Shown here piece after piece: positions 11,801 to 27,713 of a stretch of DNA of 64,000 bases. The stretch comes from Yuukianura sp. NJ FZ-2021. Lineage: Eukaryota. Under the pieces are notes generated by a model. The model was given only the letters and a program-made list of their open reading frames with translations, did no database searches and was not told where the DNA came from. Location: NCBI GenBank assembly GCA_046563655.1, contig CM102283.1:6758001-6822000 (forward strand), written 5' to 3'. Within the stretch, counting starts at the first letter, position 1. Every line of letters starts with the position of its first letter. Position numbers and translations under genes: made by a program.

Positions 11801-14800
11801 ACTTCTGATTTTTTTTTTAAAACTACATTTGACGCCTACATTTGCTGAGTCCATTCATTCCCAAAACTGATTCAAACTAAGTCATTGTTTTCCCTGTTAC
11901 TACAAACCTGAGTTTGGAAAACGGGAACTTTCATCCATGCATTTCTACGGAACTTTCACCCGGGCGTTTCACCGGAATCTTCAGCCGGGCGTTTCACCCT
12001 AACTCCCGCATTTTCATCCGAAAGAATTAAGGACGCCCATTAATTCCCTGTCAGGTTTTAGTAAGTCTGGTTGTGTAATGAGGGATTTAGAGTACTGCAT
12101 AACCTAAACTACAAAATATCCTCCGATTCAATGGACAGTGAACTCCACTGGGACGAATAAGAGCAAATAATAGAGTCGTTAAACCACTTCTAATCCTATT
12201 CATTATCAACCATTCCACACTAATTCACCAGGGGGCGGAGTTACTTGTTAAACTTCAGCAGCACATAGGCTCCACCCCCTTTTGCAATTAAGTTTTGAAA
12301 TGGACTATAGACAATAGAAATGCATGTTCTGCGAAACTAAGGTAACAATAAATTCATTAGCGCTGTTCATAAAGTGGATACGATTTTACAAATGGCACAT
12401 TAGCCACAACTTCAGTCGTTCCGGAGTGTTAAGAACAGGCGGGTTTTCAGGGTTTTTTTTTGGAAAGTTTTGAACTTGAGCGGTAGTAAGTAGTAAGATG
12501 CACTTAGAATTTTGATGTTTCTGAATTTCATATTGTAGCAAATTGAACTTTTTTTTTCGAAAATGGGACCTGAACTTAACTTTAGCATTATGTTTTTACT
12601 CAAGTGCTGAAAGTTGTTACCTGAATGAATTCATGGAATGTACTTGAAGTGAGATGGACGACCTGACTAGGTTCTTCTGACCAGTGGACTTCCTTTGGCT
12701 TCTCGACTGGGGGAGCATCAGGGTCCCTTAAGAAAGAGACAATGGCGTCCTTTGTGTTTTCTCCATCATACGGTCTCTTCAGCTGTCCATCTCTGTGCAA
12801 AAAAAATGCAAAAAATTTACAGCATTTTGAATTTCAGAATTTGGAGTTTCTGCATTTTAATTTTTTAGGCAGTTCCTGAAAGACTTCTAAAATCGATAAA
12901 ATTGGACTAAATTACTAAAACTAGGAAATTTTTGGATCACGGAAGGTCAACTTCCCGAAATGCCCGTGTCCCTATTGAAACTTTAATTGAGGCCAAGTAA
13001 AGTTCAATTTGCAAAACACGCACAGTGTCTGTTCAGTTTTGTTTTTTGAAAAATATCAACCAATCTATTTTACGTAAAAACCGTCTTCTTTTTCCAAAAA
13101 CAAGGAAATTCTTTTTGTAGATGAATGGAACGATTATTTTTTTGAACAACTATCCAATTGTCATCAAATTCAGCAAACCCTATTTCTACAAGTCTTTTGT
13201 TTTTATGTTATTGTAATGTGATGAAAAGGCTTTTAAGCTAAGTTGAAATGTAGGTCGAAATTAAGAAAAGAGAAAGTTAGCTTTATGTTGGTATTTATTT
13301 CTTACCTAAAGTAAATCAGTGTAGGGAAGCCCGTAATGTTATATTTCTTGCGTAATTCGCTATTTTCAGGTCTATTGACATCAATCGCTGCCAGAATCGC
13401 TTCCTCTTTCAGTTCTGTCGCTGCATCAATAAAGTCTGGCTTCATCTTCTTACAGAATCCACACCAAGGAGCATAGAAGAGGACAAGGATCCCTTTGCCC
13501 GAGTCCTTCTGAGACTTGACTAGACGTAGAAGTGCCTGGAGACAGTTAAAAAGTGACAAATCAGAAGGGAGATGGAGACATGGAGGCTTTCAAATCAAGA
13601 ATCTCTTCAAATTGAGTGGAATGGGCCACCGTAAATCAAAAAAAGCCACAAGCTTAACCTAAGTATGCACTAGGTTAGGCTATGTTAGGATTTTTCTCCT
13701 TTCACTGTAACTTTCACCCCTCACTTTTAGTTCTTGTAAACTCCAAGTCCCAGAGGGAGGCTTTTCGGTGGAAGTGGAAAAGAAATCAAAGGAAAAGTTC
13801 AAAGGCGGACCAAAAAGCTTCTTCTGAGAACTGTGTTATGCCCAGGTCAAAGGGTGGGAATAAAGAAGCCGAAGAAGTGGGCGATCACTTAATCAAAGTG
13901 GGCGCACAAAAGTTTTACCTACACCGTAGTGAAAGTGAGTTCATTTAATTTAAAACGTGGTTAATTAACAACTACCTAATGAATTTTCTCAATTTCTCAA
14001 AAGAAACGGAAATTTCATTGGTTGGAGGCGGCATTTAATTTCTGTTTCTCACTTTCACTTCCGAGTTTTCCCAAAACCAAAGCATTCCTCACTTAAGCTC
14101 AACCCAAAGGCATGCTAACTCCCAGATTTTGAAAACTTGAACTTTTGAAATTTTTTTCTCAAAAATCGTTTTTCTCTCAGAAGTTTTGAACTTTGAAATT
14201 CCCGCAAATTGTATGTCAAGTGTTGAACCTGCTTAATGTCGGGTATTAAACACTTGAATTTATGCTGTTTCCTGTGTATGGTAAAAAAGCAAAGAAAAGA
14301 AAAATTTCTTCTTTTTTTTGAAAATTTATTAACACTTTGTGACATTTTAATTTCATTCCCTCTCGCCAAAAGCAAAGCGTTCGCTGCTCCCACTTTTTTT
14401 TAGGCTCAAGCTTTCTCTTTCTCAAAATTTTTTTTTTCCTCAAAACAATTTTTTTTTGCGTTGCAGACAGCAGGATTTGAACACCGCGCGCACTGAAATA
14501 CGGTCCAAGATGAAATGTGAAATGCTTTCAAGACACAAGGAGGTTCTGGAAATTAAATATTTAGACCCCCTTAACTGCTTTTCTCCGTTTCACCTTAACA
14601 CAAGAGGGAAAGTGACATTTGAAAACTGTAACTTCCAGAACATAACTCACCCTGCTCAACAGCAAGGGGTTGAATTCGTGGTGGGGAGGCCTTAAAGAAG
14701 TTAAGCTTCGCCTTAATGCAGTTAAGTTAAGCTTTGTTTAGATTAATGTACTCACAGTGGGATCCTGGAGATGGTGGATGGGGGCGGTGGTGGGATCTTC

Positions 14801-17800
14801 TTCCCACGGAAGTTCCCCTGTAGGATCCTTCATGAAGTTAACGACAGAGGACACTTTGATGGCACGGTCATAATCTTTGTTGAAGTCTCCATTATGGTAA
14901 TGCTTCAAACTGAACAACGGCACATCATCACCAGTCTCGACTTTCCCCTTCTTACACAACTTTCTCCCTTCCCTATTAACCAAATCAAATAAAAAATGTA
15001 ACTATTATCATAAAAATATATTATATACGGGAATTATATTACTTAAAATATAGTATAGGAAGAACGTCGTAAACGAAATTAGGCTAGTAAGATCTTGGAG
15101 ATCTCCAGCAGAATTCTTGTTCACGTATTTTTGGAAATCAAATTTTACTTTTGTTCTAAGGCTCCGCCCACTTTCTACAAAAAATATTCAAAAATATAGT
15201 CGTTCCTCTTTTTCTAAAATTCTTTTTTGAAAGTGTGCTGGAATACGGTTTCAATATCCTTTTTGAGAAACCATAGCAGGAATAGGTTTGAGCACGTAGG
15301 CGGAAAATCATTTCATTTTCCATTCAACATTTAGTGTTGTGCGTGGGTTTGTCCATTTCGACTTTCTCTTTTTCCGCTCATGTTTCAATTCTTCGTTTTA
15401 TAATTTCTTTTTTTGATAAAATCGTAATTTGAGAATGGCCAGAGAAACGTCAATTTTAACTTCTTCATTCAACCGTAAGATGACAGAAAAATATCGAAAT
15501 AAAGTGTGCCAATATGCATTTCAATTCTAATTTACCGATTTTAATGCAGTAATTCATACAGTTTGCACGGCGTCTGCTGAACGACAAAGTCCGTCCGGAA
15601 TTCAACATTTTTTTGAATGGTGAATGAATTCTTTGTATTTTTTAATAAAATGCCCGAATTCGTAGAAAATCTTCGTACTAAAAATATACTCCAAGATGTA
15701 GGACGCAGTTCAAGCCATAAATTTTAGTTTCCTTTACACTTTTTGTCTTTCGCTTCAATTCCCCAGCCAATTCTTCACAGAATTTATCATAATTTTAGCC
15801 CAAAATGCAACAAGTAGTGACTGGAAGTCGTAGAAGGGTCGCATATGGCATACGACACGGGAAAAAAGGGCTAAAAGTAATTTCAACGCTGAAGGTGTCT
15901 CCACCACGGTGGGTTTGATGCCCCACCGTAATCGCTGGAAGCATCATCGCTCACCTGAAGTGACGGAGCGTTTGGGGGCAGAGATTAATGGAAGTGTTTT
16001 AGCGGATGAGCATCTGCTACTGAGATGATCTTCCAGCGTCCACTTAATGGAAACAGGTAAGATAATAGTGCAGCGCGTGTACTTACACAGACGCTTCGAT
16101 TTCCAGCGATTCAAGCGATTCCAGGATAATAATAGGATCCATTCATTCATGTCTCTTTAGGTTATGTTAAGGTTAGGTTAAACTCCAGGGAAACAATACA
16201 CCATATGCCCCTCTGCAGAATTTCTGAGAACAAAGGTCACCTTAAGCGCCTTTCACCAATCACCACTGCCACCATATTTCATTTTCCTAATTTGAAATTT
16301 GGCGGGAAAGCGGAACTCCAGACTTTCTGTGAATAGGTGTAGTATGGCATTTTGAGACAAGAAATTTCTGGTAAAGTGCTTACTCGTTAACTCAATTAAC
16401 CCGTTTCCCTGCTTAGCCTTGATTTTCCTATTGAACAAAAGCACTCAGAGTTCCGTTTTTAATAATTTCATAACAGTGTGCTTTCAATTAATGTTAAGAG
16501 AAGTGAATGTAAAATTAGGTTATGTGAAAACAGGGTTGGGAATTTAGCCTTAGATAGAAACGTAACTTAATTTCCAGTACATTCCATCATATCTTCATAG
16601 GAAAAGGGTGAAAATGGTGAAAGTTGATGAGAAATACCTCAGAGAATAGATTCTCATTACAGTACATGTTCAAACTATTTTCTATTTCAAGGAAAACTTT
16701 TTAGAACAAGCCCCTATGAATTACGTCGACTTAATCAATTAATTGTGACGTGAATGAAATGAATTATTGAGAACCTGCACCGACTAGACGCAAAAGGAGT
16801 AATAAATTAATTGATTTTTTTTTTGTGTAAACCCGCCAGGAAGTGAAAACAGTTTGAGCCTTACATAAATGGTGAAAGTAGTTTGCTACTTTATGTTTCT
16901 TTTTCCGCTGTCTGTCTGTCCGTCTACTGGTCACTATAACTCTGAAACAAAGGGACCAATTTTCAATTTATCTTTACAGAAGAACGTGATCCACATGGGA
17001 TTAATTTGTTTCCGGTTTGATCCGAAGTGGACAATTTCTGGGTCAAAGGTCAAGGTCAAGTACTTTTATGACGAAAATCAAAAAAATCTACAGAACTTAA
17101 TCGTCTCATTGAGGCAGACAACTTTTAAGTAGGTGACCTTGACCTGCCATCTACTGCCATGAAGGTATGCACTTCACAGTCAAAAACCTTGGTAGTAGTG
17201 GTTTCGCTTTCGCTACTTACATACAGCGTTTTCAAGTTTATTTCAAAATATACAAAACCTATAAGCAATTATAAACAGTTTTTTTTTGAAAAATTGTGTT
17301 AGGTTTAGGTTTGAGTTTTGAGGCTTAAACTTTGAGTTCAATTTGCAGCGTATTTTGGATAGTAGCAGCACTGCGGCTCCTTCGGCTGCGGACTGGATTT
17401 CTGGACAGTAGGTCCAGCCAAGACACATCCACATTTTGCAGCAGCCTTTTTGAACAGAATTCGATCTTCTTCAAGTGAAGATACTGAGTGAGTCAGCCCC
17501 TTGTAATCGTCCATGACCTCGCTCATTTCCTTCTCCGATCCACGGATTTTAATAAAAGTGTTGTCAAGGCCACGGCGCAGACGCAGAAGCGCTTCGTGAC
17601 GAGCCATAGCTCTGTTCCACGTTGACTGAAACAAACGTTGTTTCCGCTCAAGTCCTTCCACTAGAAACTCGTACCGACGGAGCTGCTCTTCGTAAAAGCG
17701 AGCGTCCATGTCCATTTCGTCCCAATGGTCCATCATAATGACAATGACGTTGAGCATATTGTGGACTTGGTCCAAGTAGTAGTTCTTGGCAGTGAGGAAA

Positions 17801-19653
17801 ATCCATTCGAAATTGTTTGAAAATTGAGTAATGACGTCATTGAATCGCTGTTTCTCAGAGGCAAGTTCAAAGTAGCCCATGATTTCAATTTCCTTTTGAG
17901 AATCTTCTATGGCTTTGGCCAGGACGACTGCAAAGTCAGCTCGAGACTTGTTAACTTCTTCGATGTAGGCAGTATCTGCATCTAGAACGGCCTTCTTCTC
18001 GGTAATCATCAGATCGTAGTCAATTGGAAGTTGTTTCATTTTTTCGTCATATTCAGAACCGTCAGTGAAAACTAATGCCCAGAATTTTTCAATTCTTCCT
18101 TTCAATCGTTTTCGACGAACTTCGTCTCGCATCATGGCGGAACTCAGAAGAAGTTGAGCTTCGTAGCGGAAGTGTTTTGCTTCTTGGGCTTTGATGACTT
18201 TCTGATCAGCGACGTCTTGATTCATTCTGTTGATTGATGATGTTGTCCACTCTCGCTTGACCTGGAAAAAGTTTCAAAATTTTGAAAGTAAGCTCTTAGA
18301 GTTACTTAGAATTCCTAGCTCCTTACACGTAGTTCCTTCAAGCGCAACAAGTAGAGACTGTTCAGTTCAGCAATCATGTCTCGTTCCATTTGAAACTTGG
18401 TTCGTTCAGAGCGTTCTTTGTCAATTTGGCTTCTCAACGTTTCACAGACGTATTCCAGCTCTTCTCGATTTTTGTGGTAAACATTGATTCCATCAAAGGT
18501 AAGTCCAACGTACTTTTTCGGAATCTTCTTTTCCTTTGGCTTGCCTTTCTTTCCTTTGCCTCCTTTTCGTCCTTTTGCATCTACAAATTGAATTAAAATC
18601 AATCCGATTACTTGGTACGCCCACAACGTAGAACTTAATTAGTAGACGCCCGAACACTAAAAACTTTAAGTATTTTACCTTTCTTCTTCTTTCCCTTCTT
18701 GGACGGAATCCGCTTCGGCGGCATCGTTCGTCACGAGTTTAAATCAGATTCACACAAACACAATCCGGCACACGGTAACGGTTTTTGTAGTAAGCAGTAA
18801 GAACAAAGTTCGGTACAAAAAGATCTTACGGTATTCGGTTTAGCTTGTTTGTGGGAGATGTCACGTTGTGTTTTTTGTTTTGATTTTAGAAAGTTCGCAA
18901 AAGTTTAATCTACCGTCGCCTAGGCAACATTTGGCATTCTTTGACAAAATCAAAGTTAAAGTGCATTTTAAACGGTAATTGAGGAGATGAGGCGCGTGAG
19001 GCACTTACTTTGTGGTGCAGTCAACCGTGACGATTGTTCCAACGCCACGAATGGTTTCCGCTGCCTGTTGAAGTACTTTGTACGTTTCAGTATTTGGCTT
19101 CGGAGGTCCATCCCGACCAAAGTACACGAGGATGTTTGTTTTAGTTTTGAGTAGGTGCTTCCATTCCTTGATGTCGTTGACTCCAGGGAGCCCTTTGTTC
19201 TTGACCTTTTGATCTCCAGCACCAGCAGCAGCAGCAGAAGTTAGAAGTAGAGTCAATGCTAGGCCAAGCACAATCCAAACTTCCAGAATCTGTAAAGATC
19301 CAAAACAAGAAAAGTTTAGACAAAGGTCAATTAGCACAAGCCAAGATTTGTTTAACACAAGGGAATCAAAAGTTTGTGATTAAAAGTTGTTCACAAGTTG
19401 ACGTAATTAAGCGTAACCAAAGACTCGACATGTAAAAGAGGGAATTCTGAATTTTGTTTTAACGCCAGTGACTTGTCGACATTGCGCATGTGCGCTGTTG
19501 GTTTTTTGTTTTAGTGTAAAGAATCCGAATCCACCATCCAGAAATGCACCAATTACCTATTCGATTCGAATTGTTCTTCCAGTCCAGTTCTGAAATTTTA
19601 CAAAAACATTCGAAATTGTGTAAACTTACCTTGAGTACTAATTCCATTTTCAT
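8830..19653 (-). CDS. PDIA5: Protein disulfide-isomerase A5 (PDIR), ~10 coding exons, b domain plus 4 catalytic Trx domains
   Basis: Approximate exons: 19653-19630, 19289-19009, 14972-14756, 13536-13306, 12792-12621, 11136-10727, 10645-10439, 9483-9315, 9187-9075, 8976-8830. Signal peptide, WCGFC plus three WCGHC motifs, YPT/FPT cis-Pro loops, and a C-terminal RDEL. Confidence 0.92.
9208..9270. repeat. 25-bp intronic tandem repeat (3 copies), each carrying an AGGTCAnTGACCT-type palindrome
   Basis: aggttattgacct at 9208, and aggtcattgacct at 9233 and 9258. Confidence 0.8.
11925..12020. repeat. Degenerate TTTCA(C/T)CC repeat array, possible MITE/TE remnant
   Basis: ggaactttcatcc, ggaactttcacccggg, cgtttcaccgg, cgtttcaccct and ttttcatccg occur within about 100 bp. 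Confidence 0.45.
16826..17220. mobile_element. Possible non-autonomous Helentron (HINE/DINE-1-like) element
   Basis: Follows a T-run and contains a (CTGT)n/GTCC microsatellite at ~16908-16925, ggtcaaaggtcaaggtca, the inverted tgaccttgacct, and short terminal hairpin-like sequences. No ORF of note. Confidence 0.4.
17338..18724 (-). CDS. GAS8: GAS8/DRC4-like dynein regulatory complex coiled-coil protein, ~407 aa, nested in PDIA5 intron 2; exons 18724-18679, 18580-18327, 18261-17338
   Basis: MPPK...KKGKK start, DG..(x)..REELE....LR.QIDKERSERTKFQMERD.I (compare GAS8 ELDREREERNYFQLERDKI), and KAQEAKHFRYE (compare KQKVKHLLYE). Splice phases are compatible. The C-terminal half is divergent. Confidence 0.72.
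18915..18928. promoter_or_regulatory. RFX X-box-like palindrome upstream of the GAS8-like gene
   Basis: gtcgcctaggcaac (reverse GTTGCCTAGGCGAC), about 190 bp upstream of the ATG at 18724. Confidence 0.6.
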
Positions 19654-20178
19654 GTAGAGATTGTCTGCGATAAACAATATGAAACGTTTTGATTTGAGTT
19701 TTCACGTTGTTGAAAGCACTTTGTGGTCAAGAATTGTCAAATTGGACTTTACTTAAGATGTAACGACTTCATTAATACATATTTCTGTTCAAAATGTTGA
19801 TTACTTACTGCAAGTTAATTGTTCACCGGCAAAGTTACTAAACTTTTCAAAAAATATTTGAATTGACAACCCAGCTGATCAATTGAGTTTCCCACTCTTC
19901 CGTTTCTGCCAAGTTCTTCTAATTTCTTGTCCATTCATACCAAAATGCTAGTCAATTCTTGGAAGATGAACCAAGCCCTCTGGCAACTTTTGTTCTTCTT
20001 TAAAGATCTCCTTTACCAAAAGTGAAGAAATAAAGTGGTTTTTCACACTTCCGAGATCCTGAGAACACTAACAAATTCTACTGTATCGAAAAATAGCTTG
20101 GGTTCGAAATTTTGACGGACTGGTAGCGTGATCTGTGGGAATTTACTTTAAACTAGCGGCAAGAATTTGAATTTCTAA

Positions 20179-20186
20179 GCGCCAAA
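20179..20186. promoter_or_regulatory. Possible E2F site upstream of MCM6
   Basis: GCGCCAAA (TTTGGCGC) about 130 bp before the MCM6 ATG. MCM genes are classic E2F targets, but the motif is short. Confidence 0.35.
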
Positions 20187-20312
20187 ATTATTTCCCTCGT
20201 TTTTGTCAAACTTTTTCATTACAAAGTCAAACAAAGGAAAACGCAAGTGCCTGTTTTTAATTCTTCTAATTACTTTGGCTTTGTAATTGTTAATTAATCT
20301 ACAGCTACAAGT

Positions 20313-23958
<3,646 letters not shown>

Positions 23959-24014
23959 TTTCCTGAGTTTCTTATTTCTATTTTTACTATAAAATATTTT
24001 CAAAATGAACTTTT

Positions 24015-26070
24015 CTAGTTAAACAGCATTTCTGTAGCATTGACTGGATATTCATAGTCTCTGTAAGTAAACAAGACGTACTCTCCCCATGTTAAGTTCA
24101 TCACATAAAGGACTAACACACAAACAAAGTTCAGGATGACCCCAGTTTTGGCCATGTCCGGTATCCTCATGTCGCCTGCACTGAAAACAACTGCATTTGG
24201 TGGATTGGATGTTGGGAAGACAAAGGCATACTGGCAGGCAATTGACCCCGGCAGGGTCAAATACAGCGGATGAATGTCAAGTTGTTTTGAAAGTGTAATT
24301 AGAATGGGAGTTAGCAGTGATACTGTGGCAGTATTGCTCATGAATTCCGTAACTACGGACAATGACAGCAGCAGTATAAGCAGTATTAATGGTTCTGGCA
24401 GCGACTGGAGTCCCATCAACTGTTGTCCAAGCCAATCCGACAGTCCGGAGACATCCGCTCCATCAGAAATGGCCAATCCACCACCAACTATGAAGATGAC
24501 ATTCCATGGAAAGTAGTCATTCAGATACTTCCAGGTCATCAGAGTCTCTCCAGCACCAACATAGTTTCTTCTGAAGTACTCCAGTTTCTGTGGAATGATG
24601 AACATCAGAATAGTAGCTCCAATGCCGACAGTTGAATCTCCAATGTCAATTTCCTCTGGGAACAGACTCTGCCATCCAGGAAATACTTGTGGTTCTCTTG
24701 TGAACCATAAAATGACAGCCAGACCCATTGTCCCAAGGACTCCAAATTCGTGGAACCCCATTGACCCCAATTCGGCATACTTGAGACGAAGTTTGTCTCC
24801 CATGGCAGCCCCTTCAGCGTCATCTGAATCTGAAGATTTGGCTTCTTCCAAGGTCAAATCACTGCCGTAAGTGGAATGTTTGGTTGATTTTAGATTTTGG
24901 TTTGATTTCTTAGTGAATCCAAGATGAACAGCGCCAAGAATACCCCACATTAGGAACATGTTTATCGCAGCAATAGGCATGCTGTAGGCTGAGTACGTGA
25001 AGAAGTTCAAATCCATGTACTTTCCATTTTGACCGACGTTTTCTCTGAAATTTTGAAAAAATTGTAATTAATTTTTCAGTTTTTTTGTTTTTCTTTAGAA
25101 TTTGGTCAACGCAGGACATCATCCGAAATATCTGCGCTGACTGAGGTTTAGTCAGACCGTGAGTTATTTTGCGTAATGGCGATCGATGTGGCCTACATTT
25201 TACTATGCTATTAATTAAGTTGTGAAGAATTACTGTTCAATTAGTTCCTTGTAGATGATTGCTGACTGTGACCCGATAATTGTCGCTGTTCCGCCAATAT
25301 TTGCGCCGTAACCTACTGCCAGCATGAACACAACGCGTAACTGCCTTTTGCGTTTCTCGTCAATCGTGTCACCAAGAGCGTCGATCAAACCAGATACAAT
25401 TGGAGCCATCATTGCTGCAACGGCCTTGGAATTTTCAAAATTCAATTTAAAAAATGCTGTAATTGGTTTGTTTTAACATTTTGCTGCTGTACGTTCTTAC
25501 AGTATTGACGACAATGACGCAACTCAGAAGCGTTGTAGTCGTGAGAATGCCCAGAAGAAGACGCCATGGACTGGAACCAATCAGCATCATTGTTTTTAGG
25601 GCAATTCGCTTGTGAAGGCCACTGTACTGCAGACCCAGTGCAAGACTGATGCCACCAAAGAACATCATCTGTGTCTCTTTCATGTAGTTGGCCACGACAT
25701 CACCAGTCGCCTGAACACCAAGCACTGGAAACAGAAATACTGGAAACAATGCTGTCACAGCCAGTGGCAGTACTTCCAGCATCCAGAAAAGGCCCATCAA
25801 AATTATTACGTAGGCGCATCTGTATCTCTGAAATTTCGAAATATTTTTAAACAAGAGTTCTACTTCCAACTAGCTAATCTTAGCATTTTCTGCTTAATTG
25901 CTTGTTATACATATATTATATTTTTTTTTGTTCTAATTTTTAGAATTTACCATTAAATCAACGTGCGTTTCACCAAGGAATGCAATCGGCAGCAGCAGAA
26001 ATGGAACGGTTGCGGCGAAAATGAACTTCCAGTTCCGCATTGTCGGTAATTTTGAAACGCCTTTGGCCAT
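24015..26070 (-). CDS. SLC13/DASS (Indy-like) di/tricarboxylate transporter, copy A; exons ~26070-25951, 25827-25501, 25424-25235, 25044-24015
   Basis: FWMLEVLPLAVTALFP, LHKRIAL, YGANIGGTATIIG, PWNVIFIVGGGLA, TEFMSNTAT, HPLYL and SNPPNAVVF motifs. Confidence 0.9.
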
Positions 26071-26764
26071 TTTGATTTTTCAAATTAAAAAAAAAACAGC
26101 GAAAACTTGTCCGTAAGTATAAAATATTTTGGTTGAGCTTGACGCCCTTTGAAAGCAATTGATGTGAAATCAAGAAAAAGTGGTACTTGTTATATCATAT
26201 CATTTATGAGTTTAACTGTCTAACCTCTGCAAATGTTTAGTTTTAAGTAATCTGTTAATGTCAAACTAATCAAGGATGATGATGTCACTGTCACGTACAC
26301 TTGAAGTCTACTTTCTAAATTCAATTTATTAGTTAATAGTGGATTCCCCAAAAATGCAGATAATTGTTTGATGTTTTCCTTACAAGGATTTAAAATCATC
26401 ATCAACTTCCTAACTAATCTCTAATTACAAATCCGATAATCATCATCAACACTTACTGTTCACTGATTGACAATGTCAAGGTCTTTGTCAAAAAAAAATC
26501 AAAATCACACAAAATACTGTTGAAGTCTACGTCCAAAGTCTAAAAAAGTGGTGGATTTAATACCGGGAATCCGGTAAGTCTTACATCAGTTTACATTGTC
26601 ATTAACTGGCAATCCCCAGATCAGTTGAATTAAAAGCTTAGAACAGTATTTAATAAAAACTGTCAATTGTTAATCATTTGAAATTGGGTTTACAGCACAT
26701 GACATTTGGGGAGTGCCAAAAAGATGTCAGAACGATAACATAAAGTATGAAAAAGAAGCTCACG

Positions 26765-27101
26765 TCAGTTTAGGTTGAAATTCTCGAAAGCCCAAATGAT
26801 GTAACTAAAATCGCTGAGCGCTTCCGATAAACGTTTTGCCTCTTTCTTCATGACCTCCGGCGGAAAATCTGAGGGTAGCCTCCCTTTACCCATGAGACGC
26901 TTTTCGTACCATTCGCCACACTTTTCATAATAAAGCTCCTTGAGCCTTGCAATGACGGCCTCCTTATCCTTAGATACACATATTTCTTATTAAATATGAA
27001 TTAATTAACTGATTATTAAAAATTAAAAAGATGAATTCGGTCTACAATATGTTTTTCGGTAAGTTCCGTTTGAAAAATCTTACAAGTTCTCCAGATTTCA
27101 T
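26765..27101 (-). CDS. Candidate small two-exon gene of unknown function (>=73 aa), exons 27101-27084 and 26968-26765
   Basis: A GC-richer, stop-free island translates as DKEAVIARLKELYYEKCGEWYEKRLMGKGRLPSDFPPEVMKKEAKRLSEALSDFSYIIWAFENFNLN*, with an AG acceptor and an in-phase upstream GTAAG donor. Confidence 0.35.
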
Positions 27102-27713
27102 GCTCGATTTCACTGTCTTTTATGAACAGTCTGCAAACGTGAGCGTCTAAACTTGGTTTTCTAATTTAAGTATTACAACGAACTTTTCCAAGAAGAAATT
27201 GTAAATGAAGAATGAAGTAGTTGAGCCTTAGGTGCTATATTTTCTGCCGAGTTGAAAGTAAAACGCAACAGTATTATAAAAATGAGACAGAACGCCTAAG
27301 GACATTTTCAACCCAGAAGTTTTTTGACAAAGGAGTGACGCTGTTTAAGAAAGTCCAACTCCAAATAATACCAAGTCAGCAAATAAACGAAATGAAAATT
27401 AGTTTATTATTTTTTAAATTTTAATTTTTTACTGCAAAGTTGTAAGTTTTTGGTAGTTTTGGATTCCGTTAGACTTTGAAGTAGAGTTACGTGCAAATTG
27501 TTGACTGCGTAAATAAATTTTTAACCCGGGATTCGTTATCGGTTGAATTTTAAAAATCTTATGTTCACTTGACCCACTTGAAATGTTTGGCTGTTCGTGA
27601 CCTTAATTGCACTATTGTTCAGGAGCAATTGAAATTTTTGACGTAGTTCAACATTACCTTATTAAAAGGTTACATTATCAAATTCAACAATTTAATTTTT
27701 ATCTCTTGTTTTG

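Noticed and set aside
15944-16150. 68-aa ORF in PDIA5 intron 2 as another nested gene
   Set aside because: No recognisable motif or consistent exon chain.
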